Of a stretch of DNA of 32,000 bases, positions 1 to 8,302 are shown in pieces. The DNA is from Candidatus Saccharimonadota bacterium. GTDB taxonomy: Bacteria; Patescibacteriota; Gracilibacteria; UBA1369; 2-02-FULL-48-14. The notes under the pieces are model-generated. The model saw only the letters and a program-made list of their open reading frames with translations, was not told the origin of the DNA and did not search any database. Both the position numbers and the translations under genes were made by a program. Every line of letters starts with the position of its first letter. Position 1 is the first letter of the stretch. The DNA is taken from contig JBAZVE010000001.1 in assembly GCA_041661045.1 (NCBI GenBank), forward strand, positions 900,001 through 932,000. The letters run 5' to 3'.

Positions 1-32
1 TTCTCTATAATAGAGTTGAAACAAAAGATAAG

Positions 33-299
33 GTGAAAATTTCTTTCAAGAATTATTATCTCTGGTACTTGAATATTACTGCTATCTTTGCCATGGCTTT
101 TGTGAAGCCTGGGTCAGAACTCACATATATTGCTACGATTCTTGTATTTTTATTACTGTTAGCCATCTTTTTGTATCAGTTTATTGTCCGCATGAATCTA
201 GCGACTGAAATTGGGAAGGCCATGAAGAACGGCTCAGTGGAGGTGAGTGGAAGTAAGTTTTCGAATAAAAACCCCCTAACCTATATTATAAAAAAATAG
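33..299 (+). CDS. hypothetical small membrane protein
   Basis: 88-codon ORF from GTG 33 (ATG alternative at 93). Two hydrophobic stretches (LNITAIFAMAFV; IATILVFLLLLAIFLYQFIV). TATAAT hexamer at 6-11 upstream. No family recognised. Confidence 0.3.
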   Translation: MKISFKNYYLWYLNITAIFAMAFVKPGSELTYIATILVFLLLLAIFLYQFIVRMNLATEIGKAMKNGSVEVSGSKFSNKNPLTYIIKK

Positions 300-370
300 G
301 TCTTAGCGTCTCACGGCAAGAATAGGTAAGCTGAGACAGCAGCCAATACTTTAAACGGAATAAACCTCTT

Positions 371-802
371 ATGAAAAAATTCAATCCCTCCGTTACCCTC
401 CTTTTATTTTTTCTGGTGGCTTGTAGCTCTACTCCGGATAAGGCATCCGTTCTTATTAGTTCGCCAACTGGAAACGAGGTATGGGGAATAGGCTCTAACC
501 AGGTTATTAGTTGGGATGCGAAAAATTGGGATGCTAATGATTTTTTGGTTTTAACTCTGGAAGGGGAAGCTGGTGGAGAAATTGTATGTCTGGATAGGGA
601 AGATTTCACGAAAAATCAGTGTGCGTGGGCGGTGGAAGGGGTCTTACGGGGGGATATTGTGGCAGAAATAGAGCCAGGGAAATATACACTGACCGCACGA
701 TTGTATGATGATCTTATTTGCACCACTGGAGAGGGTTGTGATCAATACGAAGAAAGCCCCAAGCTTAAAGCCAAGGATTCGGTAAACATCGTGATTGAAT
801 AG
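371..802 (+). CDS. secreted lipoprotein with a small beta-sandwich (Ig-like) domain, function unknown
   Basis: Signal peptide with lipobox (LLLFFLVAC/SS). The mature part starts with the ISSPTGxxVWxxGSxxxISW pattern typical of small surface beta-sandwich domains. Several further Cys residues. Confidence 0.6.
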   Translation: MKKFNPSVTLLLFFLVACSSTPDKASVLISSPTGNEVWGIGSNQVISWDAKNWDANDFLVLTLEGEAGGEIVCLDREDFTKNQCAWAVEGVLRGDIVAEIEPGKYTLTARLYDDLICTTGEGCDQYEESPKLKAKDSVNIVIE

Positions 803-809
803 TGAGGTC

Positions 810-962
810 TTAAGTGCGGCGGCCTACACCCAGTAGTCGTGCGACTAAGATGATGAGCGCCAGCACCAAGAGGAGGTGGATCAGTGAGCCGGCTATGTTG
901 AGGGAGAACCCTGCCAGCCAAGCGACGACCACCACAATGAGGATAATATCGAGGATGCCCAT
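810..962 (-). CDS. 50-aa two-helix small membrane protein (lmo0937-type family-like)
   Basis: Own translation of the minus strand: MGILDIILIVVVVAWLAGFSLNIAGSLIHLLLVLALIILVARLLGVGRRT*. ATG is the complement of cat 960-962; TAA is the complement of tta 810-812. Absent from the supplied ORF track, whose shortest entry is 60 aa. The helix / G-S-L-I-H-L-L-L-V / helix / basic-tail pattern matches, from memory, the widespread ~50-aa membrane protein family. Confidence 0.6.
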   Translation of the reverse strand: MGILDIILIVVVVAWLAGFSLNIAGSLIHLLLVLALIILVARLLGVGRRT

Positions 963-1144
963 AAAAAAGGGGGTAAAAATAGGTAACCCTGCAGTAGGGC
1001 ATCGTTCAGTGTGTGCCTAAAGGCAACGCTTGTCTATTAATATCCCTTGCCATAACTAGGTTGATTCACACCCAGTGCGCCTTAGGCGTAACATTGTGTT
1101 CCTTCTTTGGTAGGAATAACCTATTGGTGCTTAACCCCAAAACT

Positions 1145-1543
1145 ATGAAAGGTTATCACGGCGACATTGAGGGCCTTACCCTTGGCAATGAAAAATTTCG
1201 GCAGGTCCTTTATACCGGTAAGCATTCCCAACTTGTATTGATGTGTTTGCAAGCCTCTGAAGAAATTGGTGAAGAGGTCCATGCTGGAAATGACCAATTC
1301 TTTCGATTCGAAAGTGGTACGGGAAAAGTATTGATTGATGGAAACGAATATAGTGTTGGCAGCGGTTCGGTCGTCATCATCCCCGCAGGAGCCAAGCATA
1401 ACATTATTAATACTTCGTCTCACGATACGCTTAAGATGTATACCATCTACTCTCCGGCGCATCACAAAGAGGGCACCATTCACTCAACGAAAGCGGAGGC
1501 AAAAAGCGACCGTGAAGAGTTTGATGGGGTGACAACGGAATGA
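1145..1543 (+). CDS. cupin-domain protein
   Basis: Cupin motifs GEEVHAGNDQFF and GSVVIIPAGAKHNIIN in a ~130-aa protein. The ORF-track start is GTG 1013, which adds an implausible hydrophobic 44-aa extension, so ATG 1145 (MKGYHGDIEG) is preferred. Confidence 0.75.
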   Translation: MKGYHGDIEGLTLGNEKFRQVLYTGKHSQLVLMCLQASEEIGEEVHAGNDQFFRFESGTGKVLIDGNEYSVGSGSVVIIPAGAKHNIINTSSHDTLKMYTIYSPAHHKEGTIHSTKAEAKSDREEFDGVTTE

Positions 1544-1577
1544 GGGCAAAGTCTTGAGCGGACAGCCCTTGTTTTAT
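1543..1577 (+). terminator. possible rho-independent terminator after the cupin gene
   Basis: Imperfect hairpin AGGGC(1543-1547)/GCCCT(1565-1569) plus inner GTC(1551-1553)/GAC(1561-1563), followed by TTGTTTTAT. Weak stem with a bulge. Confidence 0.3.
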
Positions 1578-2659
1578 AAATAAATAAAAAACTCTGAACC
1601 TTTTCCCGGTTCACTCTTTACTTCTATTCGGCCACCATGGGCCTCAACAAGGTCTTTTACGATGGTGAGGCCAACACCGGTTCCGCCTGTTTTTCTGGAA
1701 CGAGATTTATCCACTCGGTAGAATCGTTCAAAAATATAAGGGAGATCTTCTTCAGAAATTCCTATTCCATCGTCTTTTACTGAGAGGCAATCTTCGTTGT
1801 TCTTCCTTCCCGTGGATACTGCAATATGCCCGCCGTTTGCAGTGTAGGCAATGGCATTCGCAAGCAGATTCATCACCACTTGAATGAACTTTTCTCGATC
1901 GACTTTCATGCTTGGTAAATCCTCCTCAAGGTTCATTTTGAGGTTCAACGCTTTGGATTCAAATTCGGGCCTCATATTTTTAACGACCTCCCTGATGAGT
2001 TTGTTTAAATCCGTGTCCTCCAATTCTAAATTCTTTTTAGGACTGTCCACCAAATACAGCGCTCGGACATCTCCAACTAAATTAGAAAGGCGGTCGGTTT
2101 CGGATTCCAAAAGCAGCAGGGTTTCTTTCATTTCATCTCCGTATTCAATGGTGCCGTCATTGATGGCTCTTAAATAACCTCCGATGTTGGTGAGTGGGGT
2201 AGCGAGTTCATGCGCCACATTGGAAACCAAATCTCGCCGGATTTGCTCCATTTTTTCCAGTTCGCCTGCCATCTCGTTCACGGCAAGACAAAGGTCTCCG
2301 ACTTCATCTTTTCTACTGCTTGTGACGCGCGATTTATAGTTTCCTTTAGCGATGGATTGAGTCGCCTGAATCACCCGCTCCAGTGGGTTCACCAGATACC
2401 GAGCAAAAATGAAGCTCATGATGGTGGCTAGAACCGCACCCACAATTGTGAACAAAAGGAAGATTCGCTCAAAGCCGCCCAAGGCTGGCCGGTCCCCTGG
2501 AGGGGGGCTGAGTGCATCCAACGAGATTTCATTTTCCAGTAAAAATTGCTGGAATTCATGCTGGAACCAGATTCTTCCTGTGACCGCCACCAAAATGACG
2601 GTGATAAGAAGGATCAATATGGAACCCAAGAGCAGCTTGGCTTGAATTTTAAATTTCAT
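1574..2659 (-). CDS. sensor histidine kinase (TM-HAMP-HisKA-HATPase)
   Basis: Two TM segments flank a ~35-aa external loop. H-box SNVAHELATPLTNI, N-box NLLANAIAYT, G-boxes VKDDGIGI and GGTGVGLTIVKDLV. Its start overlaps the stop of the response regulator by 4 nt. Confidence 0.9.
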   Translation of the reverse strand: MKFKIQAKLLLGSILILLITVILVAVTGRIWFQHEFQQFLLENEISLDALSPPPGDRPALGGFERIFLLFTIVGAVLATIMSFIFARYLVNPLERVIQATQSIAKGNYKSRVTSSRKDEVGDLCLAVNEMAGELEKMEQIRRDLVSNVAHELATPLTNIGGYLRAINDGTIEYGDEMKETLLLLESETDRLSNLVGDVRALYLVDSPKKNLELEDTDLNKLIREVVKNMRPEFESKALNLKMNLEEDLPSMKVDREKFIQVVMNLLANAIAYTANGGHIAVSTGRKNNEDCLSVKDDGIGISEEDLPYIFERFYRVDKSRSRKTGGTGVGLTIVKDLVEAHGGRIEVKSEPGKGSEFFIYL

Positions 2660-3351
2660 TGTTCTTTAAATTTATATCCCACCCCAAAGACAGATTGGAT
2701 GAAACGAGGCTGCTTGGGGTCATCGCCAAGTTTTTTACGGATGTTCCCAATGTGAACATCCACGGTTCGATCAAAGACAAATTTCCCTTTTCCTTCATAT
2801 ATTTTTTCCATGAGCTGATCTCGGTTAAAAACCTGCCCGGGATGGGAGGCCAGCAGAGCAATTAAACGCATTTCAATAGGTGAAAATTCAAGCTCTCTGT
2901 CCTCAAGTGAGGCGCGGTGCTTTGTGCAATCAATCGTTAAGGCACCTGCTTGAATGACCTCGAGCTTCTCCTTGCTTGGACTGGCTTGGCTACGACGGAG
3001 CACGGCCTTCACCCGTGCCATCAAAACGCTGGGTTTAAAAGGTTTTGTGATGTAATCATCCGCACCCAGCTCAAGGCCGAGGAGCATTTCCACTTCTTCT
3101 TCCTTTGCCGTTAAAATAATGACGGGCGTGTCTTTGGTTTTACGCACTTGCTTGAGTATGTCCACGCCCGAAATATTTGGCAGCATGAGGTCCAGAATGA
3201 TGCAGTCTAGATCCATTTGCTCCGCATACTCCAAGCCCGTTTGGCCCTCTAAGGCTACGATTGCCCGAAACCCTGCTTTTTCAGCATAGAGTTTAATGAG
3301 AGCGGCAATGTTTTCATCGTCCTCAACGATGAGTAGAGTGGCTTGATGCAT
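2656..3351 (-). CDS. OmpR/PhoB-family response regulator
   Basis: Receiver domain (LIVEDDENI, phospho-acceptor context CIILDLMLP, ILTAK, KPF) plus winged-helix output (LTIDCTKHRA...FVFDRTVDVHIGNIRKKL...GVGYKF). Confidence 0.92.
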   Translation of the reverse strand: MHQATLLIVEDDENIAALIKLYAEKAGFRAIVALEGQTGLEYAEQMDLDCIILDLMLPNISGVDILKQVRKTKDTPVIILTAKEEEVEMLLGLELGADDYITKPFKPSVLMARVKAVLRRSQASPSKEKLEVIQAGALTIDCTKHRASLEDRELEFSPIEMRLIALLASHPGQVFNRDQLMEKIYEGKGKFVFDRTVDVHIGNIRKKLGDDPKQPRFIQSVFGVGYKFKEQ

Positions 3352-3369
3352 ATTTATTCGATAAGAATA

Positions 3370-3609
3370 CTACAGGGCTTCTTGAGTCTCGTCATTCTCA
3401 TCATTCTCGGCATTCTCCTCCGGACATTCGCAGAGTTGCTGACCGGGGAATCCACCTTCACCCAATGGTGGCATCTCAAATTCACCCCCCGGAAAGCCAC
3501 CGGGGCCCATGTTGGGTTGTTTTTGAAGCATGGTCAACGAAACGCCAAAAGCGATGGCAAAAACCAGGGTCGTGGTGGCAAAGATGCCGGTTGAAATTTT
3601 GTAATTCAT
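3370..3609 (-). CDS. 79-aa secreted/membrane-anchored acidic protein with G/P-rich core and CxC motif
   Basis: From ATG 3609: MNYKISTGIFATTTLVFAIAFGVSL (signal or anchor), then GPGGFPGGEFEMPPLGEGGFPGQQLCECPEENAENDENDETQEAL. The ORF-track start 3717 is TTG and overlaps the permease gene, so it was rejected. Sits inside the operon between the permease and the response regulator. Confidence 0.45.
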   Translation of the reverse strand: MNYKISTGIFATTTLVFAIAFGVSLTMLQKQPNMGPGGFPGGEFEMPPLGEGGFPGQQLCECPEENAENDENDETQEAL

Positions 3610-3640
3610 AATGATGGGGTTAAAAAATAAAATTATGAAT

Positions 3641-4858
3641 TTATTCGTAACGAAGGGCCTCGATGGGGTCAAGCTGCGCCGCTTGTTTCGCGGGATAGTA
3701 TCCAAAAACGATTCCAATCACACTGGACACTCCTACGGAAAGAAGAATGGAGCTGATGCTGATTTTAGTTGTTATGATGCCGAGCTCACTTACGATGGTT
3801 GATGCGGTTACTCCGATGAGGACTCCTAAAATTCCTCCAATCAGGGTTAGCACAAAGGATTCGGCTAGGAATTGGATATTGATTTCAAATTCGGTCGCGC
3901 CCATGGATTTACGAATCCCAATTTCTTTCGTGCGTTCCTTTACGGTGGTGAGCATCATGTTCATGATTCCAATGCCTCCCACAAGGAGTGAAATTCCTGC
4001 AACCGAAGCCAATAGAATCGTGAAAATTTGTGTGATTTCCGAGGCCGCTTCAAGAAAGGACCCCGTTTCATCCACAGAAAAATCATCCTCGTCCGGATTG
4101 GTGATGCCATGCGAGGCCCGCATCATGAGGGTTGCGGCTTCTTGAGTCACCGTTACAAGATCGTCGTCTCCTACTTTGATTGTAATAGAAGAGACCGAGT
4201 CGGAGCCCGCCATGTAATGCTGCACGGTGGATATGGGCGCGTAGATTAAATTATCGTCCTGCCTCGATCCAAGCTCGTCCACCACACCCGCAATCACAAA
4301 ATCAATTTCGTTGATTGAAACGGTTTGGCCAACGACATTCGTGGTCACCGTCCCATATAAATCTTCAAAAACGGTGTAGCCCAGAACGACGGTCTTTTCT
4401 TTTGTGTCCACCGACTCCTCTGAGAAAAACTCTCCCTGCAACATTTCCAGTTCCTTCACATTTAAGTATGAAGTGTCGACCCCATAAATACTGACGCTCG
4501 TGTTGGTTCCCCCAGAAATCACCGCTTGTACTCGCTCGGTACTCACCGGAGCCACGCCCTCCAAAAAAGGTAGCTTCTCACGCAAAAATTCTACATCATC
4601 CAGAGTGAGCGTATCTCCCGAGCCTTGGCCCTGACTCAAACCGGAACTGTCGCTGCTTTCACCGGGTGAAACCGTTAAAATATCCGTTCCAATGGATGCA
4701 ATGGAATCTTCTACGGACGATTGAGCGCCTTGTCCAATACTCAGCATGATGATCACGGAAGCAATTCCGATGACAATGCCGAGTATGGTTAAACTGGACC
4801 GCCCTTTATTTTGGGAGATGCTTGCCCAAGTCTGATGTTTTAAGTCGTAAAATTTCAT
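3641..4858 (-). CDS. MacB/FtsX-type ABC transporter permease
   Basis: 405 aa. N-terminal TM (LTILGIVIGIASVIIMLSIG), a ~230-aa extracytoplasmic domain, then a C-terminal FtsX-type 3-TM bundle (TILLASVAGISLLVGGIGIMNMMLTTVKERTKEIGIRKSMGA...). 4-nt overlap with the ATPase gene. Confidence 0.9.
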   Translation of the reverse strand: MKFYDLKHQTWASISQNKGRSSLTILGIVIGIASVIIMLSIGQGAQSSVEDSIASIGTDILTVSPGESSDSSGLSQGQGSGDTLTLDDVEFLREKLPFLEGVAPVSTERVQAVISGGTNTSVSIYGVDTSYLNVKELEMLQGEFFSEESVDTKEKTVVLGYTVFEDLYGTVTTNVVGQTVSINEIDFVIAGVVDELGSRQDDNLIYAPISTVQHYMAGSDSVSSITIKVGDDDLVTVTQEAATLMMRASHGITNPDEDDFSVDETGSFLEAASEITQIFTILLASVAGISLLVGGIGIMNMMLTTVKERTKEIGIRKSMGATEFEINIQFLAESFVLTLIGGILGVLIGVTASTIVSELGIITTKISISSILLSVGVSSVIGIVFGYYPAKQAAQLDPIEALRYE

Positions 4859-5547
4859 GCTTTATCGCTGATTAAGCCGTCTTTTAAATGGATGATGCGG
4901 TCGGCGTGCTCAGCCACATCGAGTTCGTGAGTGATCATCACAATGGTGCGTCCTTCCTCTTTGTTGATGCGACGGAAGGTTTCCAGGATAAATGCTCCGG
5001 TTTTAGAATCCAGGGCTCCCGTGGGTTCGTCTGCCAGGACAATGTCGGGCTCATTCACCAGCGCTCGTGCAATGGCGACTCGTTGTTTCTGTCCTCCCGA
5101 GAGTTCATTGGGCTTGTGGTGCCACCGCTCTTCCTCCAGTGCAGCGGACCGTAAGGCCTTTTCCACCAACTCTTGTCTTTGGGAAATGGGGACTTTTTGG
5201 GAATAAATCAAAGGCAAGCCAACATTCTCGGTTACGCTCACAGATAAAAGATTGAAGGATTGAAAGATGAATCCAATTTTATCTCCACGCACTCCGGCCA
5301 ACTGTTTTGAATCCATTTCGGAAACATCTTCTCCGCTGAGCTCATATTTGCCCGAGGTGGGTTTGTCCAAGCATCCAATAATATTCATGAGGGTGGACTT
5401 TCCTGAACCCGAAGGCCCCATGATGGCTACGAATTCTCCTTCATGAACTTCAATATCTATTCCTTTCAAGACTTCAACGGAAAGCAGACCCGTCTCATAG
5501 GTTTTTTTTAGCTTAGAACATTTAATGACAATTTTCTTCTTATCCAT
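4855..5547 (-). CDS. ABC transporter ATP-binding protein (LolD/MacB ATPase type)
   Basis: Walker [11 protein letters not shown]-loop, signature [15 protein letters not shown], Walker [14 protein letters not shown]-loop ITHE. Confidence 0.93.
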   Translation of the reverse strand: MDKKKIVIKCSKLKKTYETGLLSVEVLKGIDIEVHEGEFVAIMGPSGSGKSTLMNIIGCLDKPTSGKYELSGEDVSEMDSKQLAGVRGDKIGFIFQSFNLLSVSVTENVGLPLIYSQKVPISQRQELVEKALRSAALEEERWHHKPNELSGGQKQRVAIARALVNEPDIVLADEPTGALDSKTGAFILETFRRINKEEGRTIVMITHELDVAEHADRIIHLKDGLISDKA

Positions 5548-5556
5548 GATTTGTGC

Positions 5557-7521
5557 TTAGAAACTAGGTGGACCCCCTTCAAAATTAGCTCCACTGGGTG
5601 GCGTGAATTCGCCACTGCCGGCGCCTCCACCGCCACCGGGAAGTGCAAAGCCAGTGGAAGCATTCTCTTCTTCACTGCTCAAGCTGATGGTGCTGAGGAC
5701 AATTCGGTCTCCCACTTCCACTCCGGAAAGCACTTCGGCGTTCACCTCATCTTCATCGCCCACTTCAAGGTAGACCTTTTCTGTTTCGACGGCGTCTGGG
5801 GTGTAGAACGGCTGCATTTCGAGTGAGTCTGCATTCTTAACGAGCTCCACATATTTTCCGTCTCGGTCTTCTTTAATGGCAACTTTGGAAACCAAGGTGA
5901 CCCCCGGTTTAGAGAGCAAAACAATATCTACGGCCGCCGACATGCCTGTGAGAATGCGCTCATCGTCCGATTGGACAGAAAGGGTGACCTCATAAGTCAC
6001 CACCCCAGAAGTGACCGTTCCTGAAATATCTTTTTTTACCACGACTCCTTCGGCTTCAAAATCTGGGATGGCATCAAACGAGACTTTTGCGGTTTGGCCC
6101 AGTTCAATATCCAAAATGTCCAACTCGTTGAGTGAAACCACCACTTGTTTATTGTTATCGATCAAGGTGCCCACAACCGTTGAGGATGAAACAGAGTCTC
6201 CCTCGCTCACATCCCATGTAGCAATGTATCCATCCACCGCTGCGTAGAGAAAGTAATCGCCGTAGGCTTCTTGAGCCTTCGCTAAAGTGTTTTCTCTTTG
6301 TCTCACCACGAGTTCTTGGGCCCTGTAGTCGAGTTCATCCGTGTCTGAATTTTGTAAATCTTCAAGATCCAATTGTTTTTCTTCCAAAGTGAGGTTCAAG
6401 CCCACCAAATCAAGAGTATAGTCCTCTTCCAAATCAAGGATATCCTGCTGGGCCTCCGCGATGAGATCGTTGGTGTCTTCAATGGACTCATAGAGGTCAT
6501 CAATGCCTTCCACTTCAGTATAAATGGAGGAAAGGTAGGGGTTGATGGTGGCGATGTTTTCAGCAACGGTTTCTCGGTGAGCGAGCATATAAGCATCGGT
6601 AGGCTCTTCCTCGTACACCATGGATAAAAACACATCCAACTCCTTGAGCGTATCGGAAAGGGAGGAGAGGGCTTCGTAGGTGCTATCGATAAGCTCTTTT
6701 AAAGATTCACTGTCTTCTCGGTCGCTGGATTCATAGAGAGCTAAGGCATCGTTGTAGTACGATTGTGCTTCAGAAAATGCGCTCTCAACTTTTGCTTGTT
6801 GCTGTTCGCCCTCCGATCCTATTTGATCTGAATAGTACGAGAGACCTTTCTGACCTTGGATGCTTCCTTGAAGGATGTCTTTGATCTCTCCATAGGCTTC
6901 AGGAAGATCAACAAAAACATTAGTCACTTCGTTGTAGGCAGAATTGAAAGCGGAAGGTAAGTCGGTTTCTTGAATATCGGTGATGTCTTTTTGATAGTCT
7001 TCAATTTGTTCAAGAAGATCAGCGGTATTGGTTTCGTAAGTGGCTGTGAGCTGAGTGATGGAGTTTTCCGCTTCAGTCACATCATTCTCTCCTCTTTTTA
7101 TGTCGATTTCATCCCCCGGCGCGCCCAGTTCCTCAAGATCCTGCTGAGCTTGAGCCAGACTGATCTGTGCATCCTCTACCTCAAAGGAGGCCTCTGCGGA
7201 GTCCAGACTCAAAAGCAGCTGACCCGCCGTAACGAAAGTTCCTTCATCCACGAAGGTGCCGGTCACTTTGGCTGAGGCCTCAGGGGTGAGCTCAATCTCT
7301 TCCGCATCGCTCACTTGGCCCGATTCTGAAATGGAAAGGGTGATGTCGCCTTGTTCAACAGTTCCCAGCAGGAGGTAGTCCTCGGTGGTTTCTCCGCCTC
7401 TCAACAGAAAATAGGCTCCTACCGAAAGGAGAACGACTGCTAAAAGGATACGACCACTCCAAGCCTTTAATAGTGTGAGAATTTTTGCTTTCATTGCATG
7501 AGGTAAAAGAGATAACGGCAT
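5557..7521 (-). CDS. HlyD/MacA-type membrane-fusion (adaptor) protein with greatly extended coiled-coil hairpin and Gly-rich C-terminal tail
   Basis: N-terminal TM (ILLAVVLLSVGAYFLL). Split lipoyl-like halves (GTVEQGDITLSISESGQVS...VTAGQLLLSLD and LYAAVDGYIATWDVSEGDSV). Beta-barrel/MPD-like region (LGQTAKVSFDAIPDFEAEGVV...). About 320 acidic heptad-like residues lie between the lipoyl halves. Alternative ATG at 7494 (MKAKILTLL). Confidence 0.8.
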   Translation of the reverse strand: MPLSLLPHAMKAKILTLLKAWSGRILLAVVLLSVGAYFLLRGGETTEDYLLLGTVEQGDITLSISESGQVSDAEEIELTPEASAKVTGTFVDEGTFVTAGQLLLSLDSAEASFEVEDAQISLAQAQQDLEELGAPGDEIDIKRGENDVTEAENSITQLTATYETNTADLLEQIEDYQKDITDIQETDLPSAFNSAYNEVTNVFVDLPEAYGEIKDILQGSIQGQKGLSYYSDQIGSEGEQQQAKVESAFSEAQSYYNDALALYESSDREDSESLKELIDSTYEALSSLSDTLKELDVFLSMVYEEEPTDAYMLAHRETVAENIATINPYLSSIYTEVEGIDDLYESIEDTNDLIAEAQQDILDLEEDYTLDLVGLNLTLEEKQLDLEDLQNSDTDELDYRAQELVVRQRENTLAKAQEAYGDYFLYAAVDGYIATWDVSEGDSVSSSTVVGTLIDNNKQVVVSLNELDILDIELGQTAKVSFDAIPDFEAEGVVVKKDISGTVTSGVVTYEVTLSVQSDDERILTGMSAAVDIVLLSKPGVTLVSKVAIKEDRDGKYVELVKNADSLEMQPFYTPDAVETEKVYLEVGDEDEVNAEVLSGVEVGDRIVLSTISLSSEEENASTGFALPGGGGGAGSGEFTPPSGANFEGGPPSF

Positions 7522-7759
7522 GGTTTACTCTTTTTTAAACCAAAAATGCGTAGGACTTATGAAAAAGATGTTAAAAACTTGTTAAGCTTTCAAGCGAGGC
7601 CAGCCAACGGACTAGTGGGCGCTCACTTGAACTTTGGGGCTGACGGCTGTTCCAAAGAGTAAATTGAAAGGAGGTCATGAGAGGCATCTCTTTTAACGGG
7701 TTTCTTTTCTGCGTCAAGGCGGAGTTGTGTCTCACGACAAAAAGGGGTAGAGTTTCACT

Positions 7760-8251
7760 GTGAAACAGACATTTATGATTCTCGCGCTTATTCTACTGGT
7801 TGTTTTAGGTATTGGGATTGGTGGTGTATTTTGGATTCGGTCTGAGAATGAGGCACAAACGGTGCAGCTTTTTTATTATAATGCCGACAAAGATTTGGAC
7901 AGCGCCGGAAATATACAGTGCAGTGAGGCCGGACTTGTTCCTGTGGAACGGATGCTCGAACCCAGTGAGTCCCCGCTAAGGGATGCCCTTGAACTTTTAC
8001 TTAAGGGTGAATTGACCCCAGAAGAAAAAAACACCGGCATCACTACTGAGTTTCCGTTGGAAGGCTTAAGCTTAACTCAGCTTGATTTGGAGGAAGGGGT
8101 CTTGACCCTCACTTTTGAAGATCCCAAGAATAAAACCAGTGGCGGCTCTTGCCGTGTTGGTATCTTATGGAAGCAAATTGAGGCCACTGCGAAACAGTTT
8201 TCGGCCGTCAAAGAGGTGAAGTTCTCGCCGGAGTGGTTGTTTCAGCCCTAG
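7760..8251 (+). CDS. GerMN-domain protein (membrane-anchored)
   Basis: N-terminal TM, then VQLFYYN...LVPVERMLEPSESPLRDALELLLKGELTPEEKNTGITTEFPLEG...LTLTFED...QIEATAKQFSAVKEVKF, which fits the GerMN (sporulation/germination) domain pattern. GTG start 7760; ATG alternative at 7775. Confidence 0.7.
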   Translation: MKQTFMILALILLVVLGIGIGGVFWIRSENEAQTVQLFYYNADKDLDSAGNIQCSEAGLVPVERMLEPSESPLRDALELLLKGELTPEEKNTGITTEFPLEGLSLTQLDLEEGVLTLTFEDPKNKTSGGSCRVGILWKQIEATAKQFSAVKEVKFSPEWLFQP

Positions 8252-8302
8252 ATTTTTTAAAAGTGAAGAGTAGAGTGCCTTTGTTTTTTATTCTTACTTT
8301 TT

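Noticed and set aside
286-609. Assorted long antisense or overlapping ORFs: 286-609 (-), 8348-8779 (-), 9011-9385 (-), 14685-15200 (-), 17534-18034 (+), 25119-25637 (+), 29535-29969 (+).
   Set aside because: Each lies opposite or out of frame to a gene with strong family motifs and has skewed, low-complexity composition.
7677-7763. The only strong Shine-Dalgarno-like sequence in the window (AAAGGAGGT, 7667-7675). It precedes a 28-codon ORF (MRGISFNGFLFCVKAELCLTTKRGRVSL) whose TGA overlaps the GTG start of the GerMN gene (GTGA at 7760-7763).
   Set aside because: The SD-to-ATG spacing is only 2 nt, too short for function. This genome otherwise does not seem to use SD motifs. The peptide has no recognisable features. 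Probably chance, though ribosome profiling could revisit it.
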